Assembly: GCA_045105035.1 (NCBI GenBank)
Contig: JBGCCZ010000134.1
Location: 153 to 64,152 of the forward strand
Length of the DNA stretch: 64,000 nucleotides
DNA from: Pirellulaceae bacterium
GTDB taxonomy: Bacteria; Planctomycetota; Planctomycetia; Pirellulales; Pirellulaceae
Direction: 5' to 3'
A model generated the notes under the pieces. That model ran no database searches and had not been told where the DNA came from. It saw only the letters and a program-made list of their open reading frames with translations. Within the stretch, counting starts at the first letter, position 1. Every line of letters begins with the position of its first letter. Position numbers and translations under genes: made by a program. Below are positions 9,612 through 19,732 of this stretch, piece after piece.

Positions 9612-11072
9612 ATGAGTGTTAAGAAATATCCCAAAGTCGCACAGCTTCGTACCGTAGAGAAACTGCAAGAGCATTTGGCTGAGTTGGGAGTAACGATTCC
9701 TTGCGACGATCAGGTTGTTTCTGCGGAAGACGGATCGCCGCTGTCCGAGCCGATCGTGGTTCGCGACTTCGAGGTTGGCAATCGTTGGTGCATTCACCCG
9801 ATGGAAGGGTGGGACGCGCACCGCGACGGTACTCCATCGGAGCTGACGGTTCGCCGTTGGCATCGTTTTGGGCTCAGCGGCGCGAAACTGATTTGGGGCG
9901 GCGAGGCTGCTGCTGTTCAGCCGTCAGGTCGCGCGAATCCGAATCAGACGCTCGCGACTCTCGATAACGAACCCGGACTGCGTACTTTGCTCGAAGCGCT
10001 TCTCACCGGCCATCGTGAACAGGGCTTGAGCACAGATGACTTGCTCGTTGGTTTGCAGTTGACGCATTCGGGACGATTTTGCAAGCCCAATGATCCGAAG
10101 CGTTGGGAGCCACGCATCGCGTACCATCACCCATTACTTGATGCGAAATTCGAGATCGATCCCAACGATGATTCGGTCGTGTGGACGGACGACGAACTCG
10201 AAACCTTGATTGACGACTACGTGATTGCGGCCAAGCAGGCGGAGCGAATCGGTTTTAAGTTCGTTGATGTGAAAGCCTGTCATGGCTATTTGCTGCACGA
10301 GTTTTTGAGTGCTCGCATTCGTCCAGGGAAATTTGGTGGTGATTTGGCCGGGCGATCTCGTGTTCTGCGGACCATCATCGAGCGTGTACGGAACGAATGT
10401 CCGGATTTGGGGATTGGAGTTCGGCTGAGCATTTTTGACTCGCTGCCATACCGTCCAAACGAAGCGGATAAAGTCGGCGAGCCATGGGAAAGCGACTTGC
10501 CATATACGCACGGTTTTGGCCTCGACCCGAGCGATCCATCGAGATTTGATTTGACCGAGCCGAAACTGTTGATCGAGATGTTGCGCCAGTCGGGGCTCGA
10601 TCTATTGAACGTGACCTTCGCGAGTCCGTACTACAATCCTCATTTTCAACGCCCGGCCATATTCCCGCCAAGCGATGGGTATTTGCCGCCCGAGGACCCG
10701 TTGGTTGGCGTAGCGAGGCATTTGGATGTCGTCGCCCAAGTGAAAGCTGCTTTCCCAGACATGCCAATTGTGGGGTCAGGGTACAGCTACCTGCAGGAAT
10801 TTTTGCCGAAGGTCGCTCAGGCTGTGGTGCGAGACGGCATGGTCGACTTCGTAGGTCTGGGGCGTATGGTCTTGTCCTATCCAGAGTTGCCGGTCGATTC
10901 GCTGGCGGGCAAAGAACCAACTCGGAAGCTCATTTGTCGCACTTTCAGTGACTGTACAACCGCGCCGAGGAATGGCATTGTCAGTGGCTGTTATCCTCTG
11001 GATGAGACATACAAATCCATGCCCGAAAGAGAGCAATTGCAGGAGTTCAAAGTTTCCCAAGCTTCCCGATAG
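9612..11072 (+). CDS. NADH:flavin oxidoreductase (Old Yellow Enzyme-like TIM barrel)
   Basis: 'NRWCIHPMEGWD', 'GLQLTHSGR', 'DVKACHGYLLHEFLS', 'DFVGLGR'. Confidence 0.85.
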   Translation: MSVKKYPKVAQLRTVEKLQEHLAELGVTIPCDDQVVSAEDGSPLSEPIVVRDFEVGNRWCIHPMEGWDAHRDGTPSELTVRRWHRFGLSGAKLIWGGEAAAVQPSGRANPNQTLATLDNEPGLRTLLEALLTGHREQGLSTDDLLVGLQLTHSGRFCKPNDPKRWEPRIAYHHPLLDAKFEIDPNDDSVVWTDDELETLIDDYVIAAKQAERIGFKFVDVKACHGYLLHEFLSARIRPGKFGGDLAGRSRVLRTIIERVRNECPDLGIGVRLSIFDSLPYRPNEADKVGEPWESDLPYTHGFGLDPSDPSRFDLTEPKLLIEMLRQSGLDLLNVTFASPYYNPHFQRPAIFPPSDGYLPPEDPLVGVARHLDVVAQVKAAFPDMPIVGSGYSYLQEFLPKVAQAVVRDGMVDFVGLGRMVLSYPELPVDSLAGKEPTRKLICRTFSDCTTAPRNGIVSGCYPLDETYKSMPEREQLQEFKVSQASR

Positions 11073-11104
11073 GCCTATTGAGCCCAATAGGCCCAATAGG
11101 CAAT
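11072..11104. repeat. Short inverted and tandem repeat (GGCCTATTG-agcc-CAATAGGCC; CCCAATAGG x2)
   Basis: Directly visible between the oxidoreductase stop and lexA. Confidence 0.6.
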
Positions 11105-11209
11105 TCTGGGGTCCGGTGGGTGGTCGCTAGGAATGCAGTTCCTGCGAATTATACTGAACGGATGGCTACTGCTCTCAGTGCCCTCTCGTTTCTCGCCCAC
11201 CGGTTCGCC

Positions 11210-11836
11210 ATGGCTTCGCAGCTCACCACGCAACAGAAATACGTCTACGACTATATTCGCGATAAGATCGTGACGCGTGGTTACGGACCGACGGTCCGCG
11301 AAATTGGCGAACACATGAACATTAAGTCGCCCAATGGAGTGATGTGCCATCTGAAGGCACTGGAAAAGAAGGGGATGATCGTTCGCAAGGCGAATAAGAG
11401 CCGCGCGATCGAATTAACGGAGGAGCTCAATAGAGCGGATTCGGTCGGCCTGCCGTTGACTGGCGGTATTCGCAACGCAGTCTGTTTCCCACCTCGAGCC
11501 GACTTTGAGGCTTCCGGGCGGGATTTAGATTTCGCCGATTTGCTTAACAGCGAGAAGTGCGGTGGAGTCGTCGTCTACGATGATTCTTTGGTCGACGTGG
11601 GCATCCGCAAAGGTGACACGCTAGTTACGGAGCGTCGCGCGTCGGCCACCGATGGTCAGTTGGCGATTGTGCGTGTTCCAGATTCCGCGGGTGGCTTCAC
11701 CCACATGGTTCGGTTGGTCGTCCGCGAAGATGGCCATTACAAGTTGCAGTCTGCCAATCCGGCTGAGCCGGCGTTGGTTGTTGATGAAGTTGAAGTGGCT
11801 GGCGTTGTAACCGGATTGATCCGTCGCTTTGCTTAA
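11210..11836 (+). CDS. lexA: LexA-family repressor with degenerate autocleavage domain
   Basis: N-terminal 'LTTQQKYVYDYIRDKIVTRGYGPTVREIG...SPNGVMCHLKALEKKG...SRAI' is a LexA DNA-binding domain. The C-terminus has an S24-like fold. Confidence 0.85.
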   Translation: MASQLTTQQKYVYDYIRDKIVTRGYGPTVREIGEHMNIKSPNGVMCHLKALEKKGMIVRKANKSRAIELTEELNRADSVGLPLTGGIRNAVCFPPRADFEASGRDLDFADLLNSEKCGGVVVYDDSLVDVGIRKGDTLVTERRASATDGQLAIVRVPDSAGGFTHMVRLVVREDGHYKLQSANPAEPALVVDEVEVAGVVTGLIRRFA

Positions 11837-11884
11837 GCTCCGGCCGCCTTTTTTTAACCCACTTCGCCTGCGGGCGCGCTCTAG

Positions 11885-13315
11885 CTATGCGGCTTTGCTG
11901 ACGGCAGCCCGCTGATTCAACTTGTTGTAAAGAGTCTTCAGGCTGATTCCCAACTCTTCCGCGGCTGCCTGCTTGTTACCCTCGTGGCGCGTGACTGCCT
12001 CGTGAATAACGGTGAGTTCCATTTCTTTGAGTGACATCGGGCCGAGGGATCGTAGCTCTTTTCGCAGCCTGCGGTCCGTAAACTGCTTCGGCAAGTGTTG
12101 CGTCAAAATGGGAGGGTTTTCGCAAAGGATGCATGCATGCTCAATCACGTTGGCGAGCTCGCGTACGTTGCCCGGCCACACATGATTCTTAAGTTCGACC
12201 ATGGCTTCTTCGCTAATCAGTTCCGAATCAGAGACTTGCTCGTCACGGAATCTCCGGAACAGGTGCACGGCGAGTTGTTCGATGTCTTCGCTACGCTCAC
12301 GGAGTGCCGGAATGTGGACTTCGAAGGTGTTGATTCGAAACATCAAGTCTTCGCGGAATTCGCCTGCTTCTACCATTGCTTCCAAGTCGCGGTGAGTCGC
12401 GCACACGACTCGCACGTCGATTCGAAGCGGGTCGTTATCTCCCACGCGGCGGATCTCACCGCTCTCCAACACTCGTAAAAGCTTAGCTTGCATGCCGAGT
12501 GGTAGTTCACCGATTTCGTCGAGGAATATGGTGCCCCCGTCGGCGGCTTGAAAGAGCCCATCTCGCTGTGTGTCTGCTCCAGTGAACGCGCCCTTGCGGT
12601 GACCGAAAAGTTCGCTTTCGATCAGGTTTTCAGGTAGTGCGCCGCAGTTGATGGCGACGAATGGTTGGTCTCTCCGAAGGCTTTCCAGATGAACGCTCTT
12701 GGCGACTAGCTCTTTGCCGCAGCCCGTTTCGCCGCGGATGAGAACGGTCGAAGAGGTCGGCGCGACTTTGCCCACAAGTTTCTTGAGCGCATGCATCGAC
12801 GGGTGATTACCGATCAGGTGGTTGCTCTCGGGCTGGGAGTCCATTCGGCTTTTCGCGGCGTGATACTGCCGCACGACACTCCGCCGTGCTAGGATTTTCG
12901 ACAGCAATTCATCTAAGGCAGAGAGAGTGCAAGGTTTGGTAAGGGAGGCGCACGCGCCGTAGCGCATCGCCAGGACGGCCGTTTCAAGTGACTCTTTTCC
13001 GGTCAGCACGATCGCCTCGGTTTGCGGCGAAAGTCCTTTGATCTGGCGGATTACTTCGGTGCCATGCATACCAGGCATGTCTAGGTCGACGAGCAGGCAA
13101 TCGTAGATTCGCTTCTTCGCAGCGTCGACGGCTTGCTCGCCATTGGCGCACACTGTTACTGTGTGACCCAAGCGGGGCAATTCCATGTTCATGAGGGACT
13201 GAAGCGAATCCTCGTCATCGGCGAAGAGGATGCTCAGACCATCGGCGTTGTTGTTCGTTGACTGCTTTGCAGTCTTCCGTTGTCGGCTCGAACTAGGCTG
13301 CTTGCTTGACGTCAT
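11885..13315 (-). CDS. Sigma-54-dependent response regulator (NtrC/AtoC family)
   Basis: Receiver domain (ADDE...DLDMP...K), [37 protein letters not shown], and a Fis-type HTH. Confidence 0.95.
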   Translation of the reverse strand: MTSSKQPSSSRQRKTAKQSTNNNADGLSILFADDEDSLQSLMNMELPRLGHTVTVCANGEQAVDAAKKRIYDCLLVDLDMPGMHGTEVIRQIKGLSPQTEAIVLTGKESLETAVLAMRYGACASLTKPCTLSALDELLSKILARRSVVRQYHAAKSRMDSQPESNHLIGNHPSMHALKKLVGKVAPTSSTVLIRGETGCGKELVAKSVHLESLRRDQPFVAINCGALPENLIESELFGHRKGAFTGADTQRDGLFQAADGGTIFLDEIGELPLGMQAKLLRVLESGEIRRVGDNDPLRIDVRVVCATHRDLEAMVEAGEFREDLMFRINTFEVHIPALRERSEDIEQLAVHLFRRFRDEQVSDSELISEEAMVELKNHVWPGNVRELANVIEHACILCENPPILTQHLPKQFTDRRLRKELRSLGPMSLKEMELTVIHEAVTRHEGNKQAAAEELGISLKTLYNKLNQRAAVSKAA

Positions 13316-14903
13316 AGGTTTCGGAGACAGGTGGATGGATGGGGATTGTTAATGTCATGGAGGAACCAAGGTTTGGTCCACCACTTTGAGGGACCAGTGT
13401 CCCGCCATGGTCTTGCACGATGCGATAGCTGATCGAAAGCCCAAGTCCAGTGCCACGGCCATCTCGGCGACGGGTGAAGAAGGGTTCGAACAGATCTTTC
13501 AGCACTTCTTCGGTCATCCCGCAGCCGTTGTCGCGTACAACGAGTTGGAATGTATCGCCGAGCGATTCGAGTTGTACGTTAACCGCTTTGCCTTCATCGC
13601 AGGCATCAAGTGCGTTGGTAAGTAAGTTGAGGATGACTTGTTTGAATTCAGTGGGGCTTACCCACGCGAATAGGCCGGGTGTTCCTGTGTAGCGGACCGT
13701 TCGATTTCGATACTGTCCCAGGTGTTTGACCAGTTCGCATACATCTCCGACTGCTTCGTGAATATCTGTCTCTTGCCGTTGCGACGACTCGCCCAACCGA
13801 GAGAAGTCCAGTAGTCGTTCGGTGATGCCTTTGCAGCGGAAGGCCTCGTCTTGGATTCGTTTCAGGTAGTCACGCAGGATGTCGAGCTGTTCTTCATCTA
13901 GATCCGGTGTCTCGGATGTGGATTCTTTGGAAGTGGAGTGCAGGATTTCGTGCAAGCGGCTTTCTAGGGCTTCGGCGCTCCAGGCAATGGAGGCAAGCGG
14001 GTTATTGATCTCATGAGCGACACCAGCGGCCAGAAATCCGACGCTTGCGAGTTGCTCGCTACGGACGACTTCACGAGTTCGCTCCTGGACTTGCTGGTTC
14101 AGGTTGTTGCGAATGCAGACGAAGCGGTCTGTCATGTTGTTCATAGAGGTTGCGAGCTGCTCCAATTCGTCTTTGGAATTCAACTCGATGCGGTGCTCGA
14201 ATTCTCCGTCGGCGATCATCTTGGTCTCTTCAAGCAGTTGCTTGAATGGTTTGACAATCGAGTGGCGGAAGAACCAGAAAGTCCACAGCACGATAATGGC
14301 AGAGGTGATCGCTGAGACGGTAATTCCAGCGAGCCAAGTTCGGTAGCTTAGTCGTGTTTGGTCCCGCAGGCGTTCCATGCGATCGGTCAGTGAGCGAAAG
14401 AGACTCCGCATCGTGATGCTGAGCTCGGCGATCTTCTTGTTGACCGCCGCCGACAGGTCGACGTTGCTAATGCCTAGAGCCATCTTGTCCGCCATAACTT
14501 CGATGGTTTGGAGTTCATTCAAGGCGTCGTCAATTAGCTCAAGCTCATTGTCGGTTGTTGCAAGAAGTGGATCGGAGGCAACGCGTTGGGCTTCAATCCG
14601 GTTTTTGTGGGCTTCGAGTTGCGTTAGAACGTCCTTGAGCTTGGCTGAGAAAGACGGCCCGATCGATCGTTGGTTCTCTTCGATCTCGATATGCAATGAA
14701 GAGGAACCATCGCGAAGATCCTCGAACCCTTGTCGAAGGGTATCGATACGAGTGAATTCCGCGGACAGCTTGCCGACATTGATTGTCAGTCCGCGGTAGG
14801 CGTAAACACCATGCACACTGCAGAACACGAGCAAGGCGAGCATTACGCTCAGAGCTAGTGTGCTGAGTAGGATCTTTTTTCGGATCAGCATGTTGTTAAA
14901 CAC
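13293..14903 (-). CDS. Membrane sensor histidine kinase with HAMP domain
   Basis: Two TM segments, HAMP, 'GVAHEINNPL', 'NLLTNALDA', 'DNGCGM', 'GTGLGL'. Overlaps the response regulator. Confidence 0.92.
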   Translation of the reverse strand: MFNNMLIRKKILLSTLALSVMLALLVFCSVHGVYAYRGLTINVGKLSAEFTRIDTLRQGFEDLRDGSSSLHIEIEENQRSIGPSFSAKLKDVLTQLEAHKNRIEAQRVASDPLLATTDNELELIDDALNELQTIEVMADKMALGISNVDLSAAVNKKIAELSITMRSLFRSLTDRMERLRDQTRLSYRTWLAGITVSAITSAIIVLWTFWFFRHSIVKPFKQLLEETKMIADGEFEHRIELNSKDELEQLATSMNNMTDRFVCIRNNLNQQVQERTREVVRSEQLASVGFLAAGVAHEINNPLASIAWSAEALESRLHEILHSTSKESTSETPDLDEEQLDILRDYLKRIQDEAFRCKGITERLLDFSRLGESSQRQETDIHEAVGDVCELVKHLGQYRNRTVRYTGTPGLFAWVSPTEFKQVILNLLTNALDACDEGKAVNVQLESLGDTFQLVVRDNGCGMTEEVLKDLFEPFFTRRRDGRGTGLGLSISYRIVQDHGGTLVPQSGGPNLGSSMTLTIPIHPPVSETYDVKQAA

Positions 14904-14933
14904 GCGCTTGTCCTCGTAAGTTGCTCTAACTCT

Positions 14934-15578
14934 CTAAGACCAAAGCTGCAAACTGATGGTGCGCCAGACATAGACGGCCGCGATGCCGCCGATCGAAGCC
15001 AGGATAGCCTTGTACTCGCGATTTCGAATCCACTCGAACCGAGTCCAGCCCTTGAGAGCTTCTAGGTTCCAGCGAAAAGAGAGCACTCTCGGCACTCGGT
15101 TGAAATAGTCGGGCCACGAATCGGGAAACATGAACCCAAGGCGTTTTTCTTCAAACTGGATTTGCAACCAATAGAGGAATGCCATGGGTCCAGCAACAAA
15201 GAGGAAGCAAATCAAATCCTGCATGAGAATGCAGAAGCCGAACATCATCAGAAACGACCCGACATAAAGCGGATTTCGCGAAAGGGCATAAGGACCCTGC
15301 TGGGTTACTTCGCGGGACTTGTTCAGTGTTCCGGCAGCCCAACTTCGGATGCCCAGTCCAAGGCCTAGCAGGCCGATTGCCACAGCTGTACGAAGATCGC
15401 CAATGCTGAATGGATTCAGCGGGATCGTCTGTCGCACGAACAAGTTGTAGATCGTGAGTCCGATGAATCCAAAGAGGCTAATTGCGATTCTGCGCCTAGC
15501 GGCGAAGTTGAGTACAGGTTGCGACAGCAATCGACCGCCATCTTTGGTCCATTGCCCAGTCTGTATTTGCGTCGACAT
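14934..15578 (-). CDS. Isoprenylcysteine carboxyl methyltransferase / PEMT family membrane protein
   Basis: 'GPYALSRNPLYVGS' and 'EEKRL...F...W..Y...VPR' motifs; several TM segments. Confidence 0.85.
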   Translation of the reverse strand: MSTQIQTGQWTKDGGRLLSQPVLNFAARRRIAISLFGFIGLTIYNLFVRQTIPLNPFSIGDLRTAVAIGLLGLGLGIRSWAAGTLNKSREVTQQGPYALSRNPLYVGSFLMMFGFCILMQDLICFLFVAGPMAFLYWLQIQFEEKRLGFMFPDSWPDYFNRVPRVLSFRWNLEALKGWTRFEWIRNREYKAILASIGGIAAVYVWRTISLQLWS

Positions 15579-15796
15579 GATGAGTCCTCTTCCACGAAAG
15601 TCATCGCCACAGAAAGAACACGGACCTGTAATGGGCGAATGACGGAATCTCAGTCGGAGGTTAGGAAAAGCGTCGTTTGGGAGCTAGAGCGCTCTTCTAT
15701 TGAGACTCAAGTTTGTTTCGCATCTCATTGAAGCAAAACGACTTAGGGTTACTGGCGTGAGAGCCAGTTCACTTTTATCGGAGGGGTTGTCGAACG

Positions 15797-16984
15797 CTAG
15801 CGATGATGCAGGCGACGAAGCCACCAAGCTCCGGTGGCCATCAAGACGACATTCCCCAGCCAAACCGAGAATGGCGGCCATGAGCCGTCTTTGGCGTTGC
15901 CTAATCCGACTGCAAATATGGGATAATAGAGAAGCAGAATTGGCATAAAACACGCACCGAAGCTAGTCCAATGGTCGGCGGAGCGCATCCAAATCGCAAA
16001 TGGAATTGCCGCCCACACGAAGCAAAAGCAACTGAGGCCCTGTGCCCAACGTCGCCAAGGTTCTATGTCCAAACGTCGAACTCGATACTCGCTTTCGCCC
16101 ATGACTCCAATGGAAGTGTGAACGGGAGCACTATCTAGCCAATCGTATTTGCCAATCCCCAGACCCGTTGCAACTCGGGCGGCGATCAACTCCTGCGCAA
16201 TTTCGATTTTCTGGCGTTCTTGCTTTTTCACAAGATTGATACGACGGATTGGGACTTCGCTGGGATGTCCAGTGCTGGTGCCCTTCTTGGTCGCGTCACT
16301 GAGACCAATTTCATGTACCCAGATATCCGGTTTGAAGATTTGTGCAGTACCACTGTCGATCATACTATCGACTAGTTCGATACGCAGTTTGTTCCGAGCT
16401 GGATCAACATGCAGCTTTGCACTGCGGGCGGTAATCGTAATCGGTACATTTGAATTCGCGGAAGTGGTTGTGATCGTTGGTGAAATCAGATCGCGACCAC
16501 GAACCTCATGGACATGAATGGATAGCCCGTGCTCCGAAGTGTAACTGCCTTGCGTATCGAGATAGCCGTAAACGACTTGTTCGATCGAGTGCATAATCAC
16601 GCGGTTAATTCCGGGTTTGCCCCAGGAAATGGCAACGTCATTTATCCAAACCGCGATTAGGCTCAAAAGGAAGCAAGCGATCAGGATCGGCGAGATGATG
16701 CGGATTGGCTTCACGCCCGATGCCATGACAGCCAAGACTTCGTTCTCGGCGGCGATACGTCCGTACACGCTGCAGACTGCAAACAGAATGGTAGCAGGCA
16801 ATGCGAACTGCAATGAAATAGGCAGCACGTAGGGCAATAGTTCGAGAATGGCGCTCGGCCCCAGTCCTTGACTGACTAATTGCCTAGCTACCTCCGTGAG
16901 GATGATGAGCGTAGTGAAGGCGACCAGGGCAACCAAGAAAAGTTTGGTGATTTCCCAGATGATGTAGAGGTTGAATCGCTGCAT
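15797..16984 (-). CDS. LptF/LptG family LPS export permease
   Basis: 3+3 TM architecture and 'GRIAAENEVLAVMASGVKP' motif. The likely start is MQRFNLYI. Confidence 0.85.
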   Translation of the reverse strand: MQRFNLYIIWEITKLFLVALVAFTTLIILTEVARQLVSQGLGPSAILELLPYVLPISLQFALPATILFAVCSVYGRIAAENEVLAVMASGVKPIRIISPILIACFLLSLIAVWINDVAISWGKPGINRVIMHSIEQVVYGYLDTQGSYTSEHGLSIHVHEVRGRDLISPTITTTSANSNVPITITARSAKLHVDPARNKLRIELVDSMIDSGTAQIFKPDIWVHEIGLSDATKKGTSTGHPSEVPIRRINLVKKQERQKIEIAQELIAARVATGLGIGKYDWLDSAPVHTSIGVMGESEYRVRRLDIEPWRRWAQGLSCFCFVWAAIPFAIWMRSADHWTSFGACFMPILLLYYPIFAVGLGNAKDGSWPPFSVWLGNVVLMATGAWWLRRLHHR

Positions 16985-17240
16985 GAAATCCGCACTGCAT
17001 GTTGAATTGCAGGCGGAGTGTAGCACGTGCCCCTAGCCACCGAAACGGCAGCCCAGGAGCGGGCCAATTGGGAGTGATCAACTTGGGAGGGAGCTTTACT
17101 TGGATGCAAACTACGTACTTGCCCTGCTAGCGTCTGTTTAGACTTCATGCAGTGGAAGATAACGTCACCGGCAAGCGAAAATTGGCGGTGGGTTTTTTCA
17201 CCCTTGGGTGTTGATGCCTGAGCGGCAAGAGCGAAAGGAA

Positions 17241-18554
17241 TTAGAGATCCACGCCTGAGTCGCTAGCATTAGCATTGCCGCGTTGACGTTTGATTTGTTC
17301 CATGAGCTCGATGATGACGCCTGTCTGTGTTCTAACAGCTCCTTCAACGTTGCCTTGTTCGGCTTGGCTGGAAGCTTCCGTAAATTGGCTTTCGAGTTCT
17401 TCCCATTTGATGACCCATTTGCGTTCGACCGCAGCCTCTCGCAACGACTTCATCGTGCCGACCAAGTGCTCAAACAGCGATTGACTTGCAATCGCCTTGT
17501 ACTGCCGATACGGCCCGTTGCCATAGCGTGATGATTGCTCGGTGGGCGTGCTAGAAGGCCAAAAGATCTGAGCAACGCCTGTGAGCAGTGCGATGATTCC
17601 CAACGAAAACGAGACGATCGCAATTGGGATTAACGCGAGGAACCAAAACAATGCGGACAAGGCGACGCACACTCCGGCAACAACACCCAGTGCTGGCGAG
17701 AAACCACGCGACGGCGAGTTTCTGCGAACGGTGATGGATCCCGAATTGCTACAGATGGAGTCGGCGGCGATTTCAATGACAATCGCGGTGATATTGTCAG
17801 GGCCGCCGCGTAGATTCGACAAGTCGATGAAGATCTGAGCGGCCTCCTCTGGCGGAAGAACTCTCAGCAGTGCACCGATTTCCTCGTCGGTGATTTGACC
17901 GCTTAAACCATCAGAGCACAGTAGAAAGCGATCGCCTTTGCGGACTGGAAATGGACCCTCAAGATCAATTTCGACATTGGCGTTCGGTCCGAGCGACCGA
18001 GTGATGACGTTCTTCGGAATGACTCCGCTACGCGCTGTTTCATCGCTGACTTCGCCAGCTGCCTGCATTTCCCAAACAAGCGAGTGGTCGAAAGTGAGTT
18101 GATAAAGTTGTTCGCCGTGCTGTTGGTAGACGCGGCTATCTCCAACATGAGCAACGACAGCGCCTTCTGGTAGGAGGCTGAGTACCGAACAGGTAGTGCC
18201 CATCGAGCGGAACTCAATATTGGCCTGACCGCGGCGAAAGATTTCAGCGTTGGCCTCGTTGATCGCCTTATGCAGGCATTCGGCGGGCGCTCCATCAGAA
18301 ATCTTGCGGTAGTTTTGTGGGATCAGTTCAACGGCCAACTGAGATGCTAGCTCACCAGCGGCGTGGGCACCCATACCGTCCGCCACGATGAACAAGTGCC
18401 CGAATCTCTCCCACCCTTCTTTGCTCTCTGCAACCAAGTCTGCCATGGAGTCCTGGTTGATGCTGCGACGCATACCCACGTCTGTCAGGACCGCTTTTCG
18501 CACGGTGCTCGACCATTTCTGGGCATCGGTTCGCTTTTCGTGAGATTCAGTCAA
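17241..18554 (-). CDS. PP2C-family Ser/Thr protein phosphatase with two TM segments
   Basis: TDVGMRRSINQD, VADGMGAH, HVGDSRVY, LCSDGL, GGPDNIT, followed by a hydrophobic hairpin. Confidence 0.92.
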   Translation of the reverse strand: MTESHEKRTDAQKWSSTVRKAVLTDVGMRRSINQDSMADLVAESKEGWERFGHLFIVADGMGAHAAGELASQLAVELIPQNYRKISDGAPAECLHKAINEANAEIFRRGQANIEFRSMGTTCSVLSLLPEGAVVAHVGDSRVYQQHGEQLYQLTFDHSLVWEMQAAGEVSDETARSGVIPKNVITRSLGPNANVEIDLEGPFPVRKGDRFLLCSDGLSGQITDEEIGALLRVLPPEEAAQIFIDLSNLRGGPDNITAIVIEIAADSICSNSGSITVRRNSPSRGFSPALGVVAGVCVALSALFWFLALIPIAIVSFSLGIIALLTGVAQIFWPSSTPTEQSSRYGNGPYRQYKAIASQSLFEHLVGTMKSLREAAVERKWVIKWEELESQFTEASSQAEQGNVEGAVRTQTGVIIELMEQIKRQRGNANASDSGVDL

Positions 18555-18798
18555 CGTAAACCAATGGTCTAAGGGATGAAGGAACCGAAAGAATCAATCG
18601 TGGTCAGTGAGGTCCATCCGATCGGGGTAGTCATTGCAGCCCATGGTCGGACGTCCATATTACGAGGCGCCGATATTGTACTTGCCAACCGCCAGCCATG
18701 TAGTCCCTGAGCTAGCAATCTAGAGCGATGGCGGCAACCACCACTCTCGTGCGGTTCGAATCTACGATTCGAACCGGGCCGCCTGCGGTGAATGTGAA

Positions 18799-19716
18799 TT
18801 GCCCTGGCGACGCAATTTCGCACCTTCCTATACTTCGGCCAAAATCGCGGGATCTTCGTCGAATAGTCCCCGAAACAATGGATGTGATACGGGGAAGTTC
18901 CGTTCTGCATTTATCTCTCGCGAAGTCACCGAACCTTACAGCCCGAATACCTGTTGCTCGGCGATTGTAACCTTGAAGTGGAAACCTTTTCGGAGTTCAG
19001 CGTTGCGCTATTCGAGCATTTGTCCACATTCGAACAACCATATCTCTTCGCATTCGTCATTTTTTGCAGGGTGGCAATACCTGGTTATTGCCTTAAGTGT
19101 TCTTTGCCTAGCGACCAGCGGATGCGTCAGGCGACGGATAACCGTTCGCACGAATGTTCCTGGTGCGCAAGTCTTTATCGATCGCAAACCAGCCGGGCCG
19201 AGTCCAGCCTCTGTATCGCCAACGTACTATGGAACGCGAGTGATTGAAGCAGTCGCGGATGGTTACGAGACGGAGAAAGTACTGCACCGATTCAATCCTC
19301 CATGGTACCAAATCCCACCCATCGATTTCTTTGCCGAAACGCTCTGGCCATGGGAGTTGCGCGACGAACAAACCGTTGACATTGCAATGCGGCCCAAGCA
19401 ATTGCCCGATCGCGATCAACTGGTCGCACGTGGCCAAGTCCTCCGCAATCAGTCTGCTCAAGGGGTGGCTACGCCGATGGTCGTTCCAGCTGGTGGAAAC
19501 TCCAACGTTGGCTTAACCGAGAATCAGAGCTTTGGGATCACGAATCCTGTGGGAGTCGCTCCCAACCCGTACGGCGGACCAACGATGGGTGTCACCAATG
19601 GCGCTGGACCGGGCTTTGCGGCTCCAGCCAATCAGCAGCAATCCGGCGCGGGCGGATGGATGTCGCAAAGTGTTCCACCCGTCAGAGACTATCGTCCAGC
19701 GATCGGCGGAAACTAG
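18799..19716 (+). CDS. PEGA-domain lipoprotein (true start probably at or after 18973)
   Basis: Lipobox-like 'LATSGC', then 'RRITVRTNVPGAQVFID...YYGTR...DGYET' (PEGA), and a low-complexity tail. Confidence 0.75.
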   Translation: MPWRRNFAPSYTSAKIAGSSSNSPRNNGCDTGKFRSAFISREVTEPYSPNTCCSAIVTLKWKPFRSSALRYSSICPHSNNHISSHSSFFAGWQYLVIALSVLCLATSGCVRRRITVRTNVPGAQVFIDRKPAGPSPASVSPTYYGTRVIEAVADGYETEKVLHRFNPPWYQIPPIDFFAETLWPWELRDEQTVDIAMRPKQLPDRDQLVARGQVLRNQSAQGVATPMVVPAGGNSNVGLTENQSFGITNPVGVAPNPYGGPTMGVTNGAGPGFAAPANQQQSGAGGWMSQSVPPVRDYRPAIGGN

Positions 19717-19732
19717 CCGGGGTCTGCGGGCT

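Noticed and set aside
18740-18780. GGTTCGAATC resembling a tRNA T-loop
   Set aside because: No cloverleaf can be built; the sequence is one arm of a simple palindrome.
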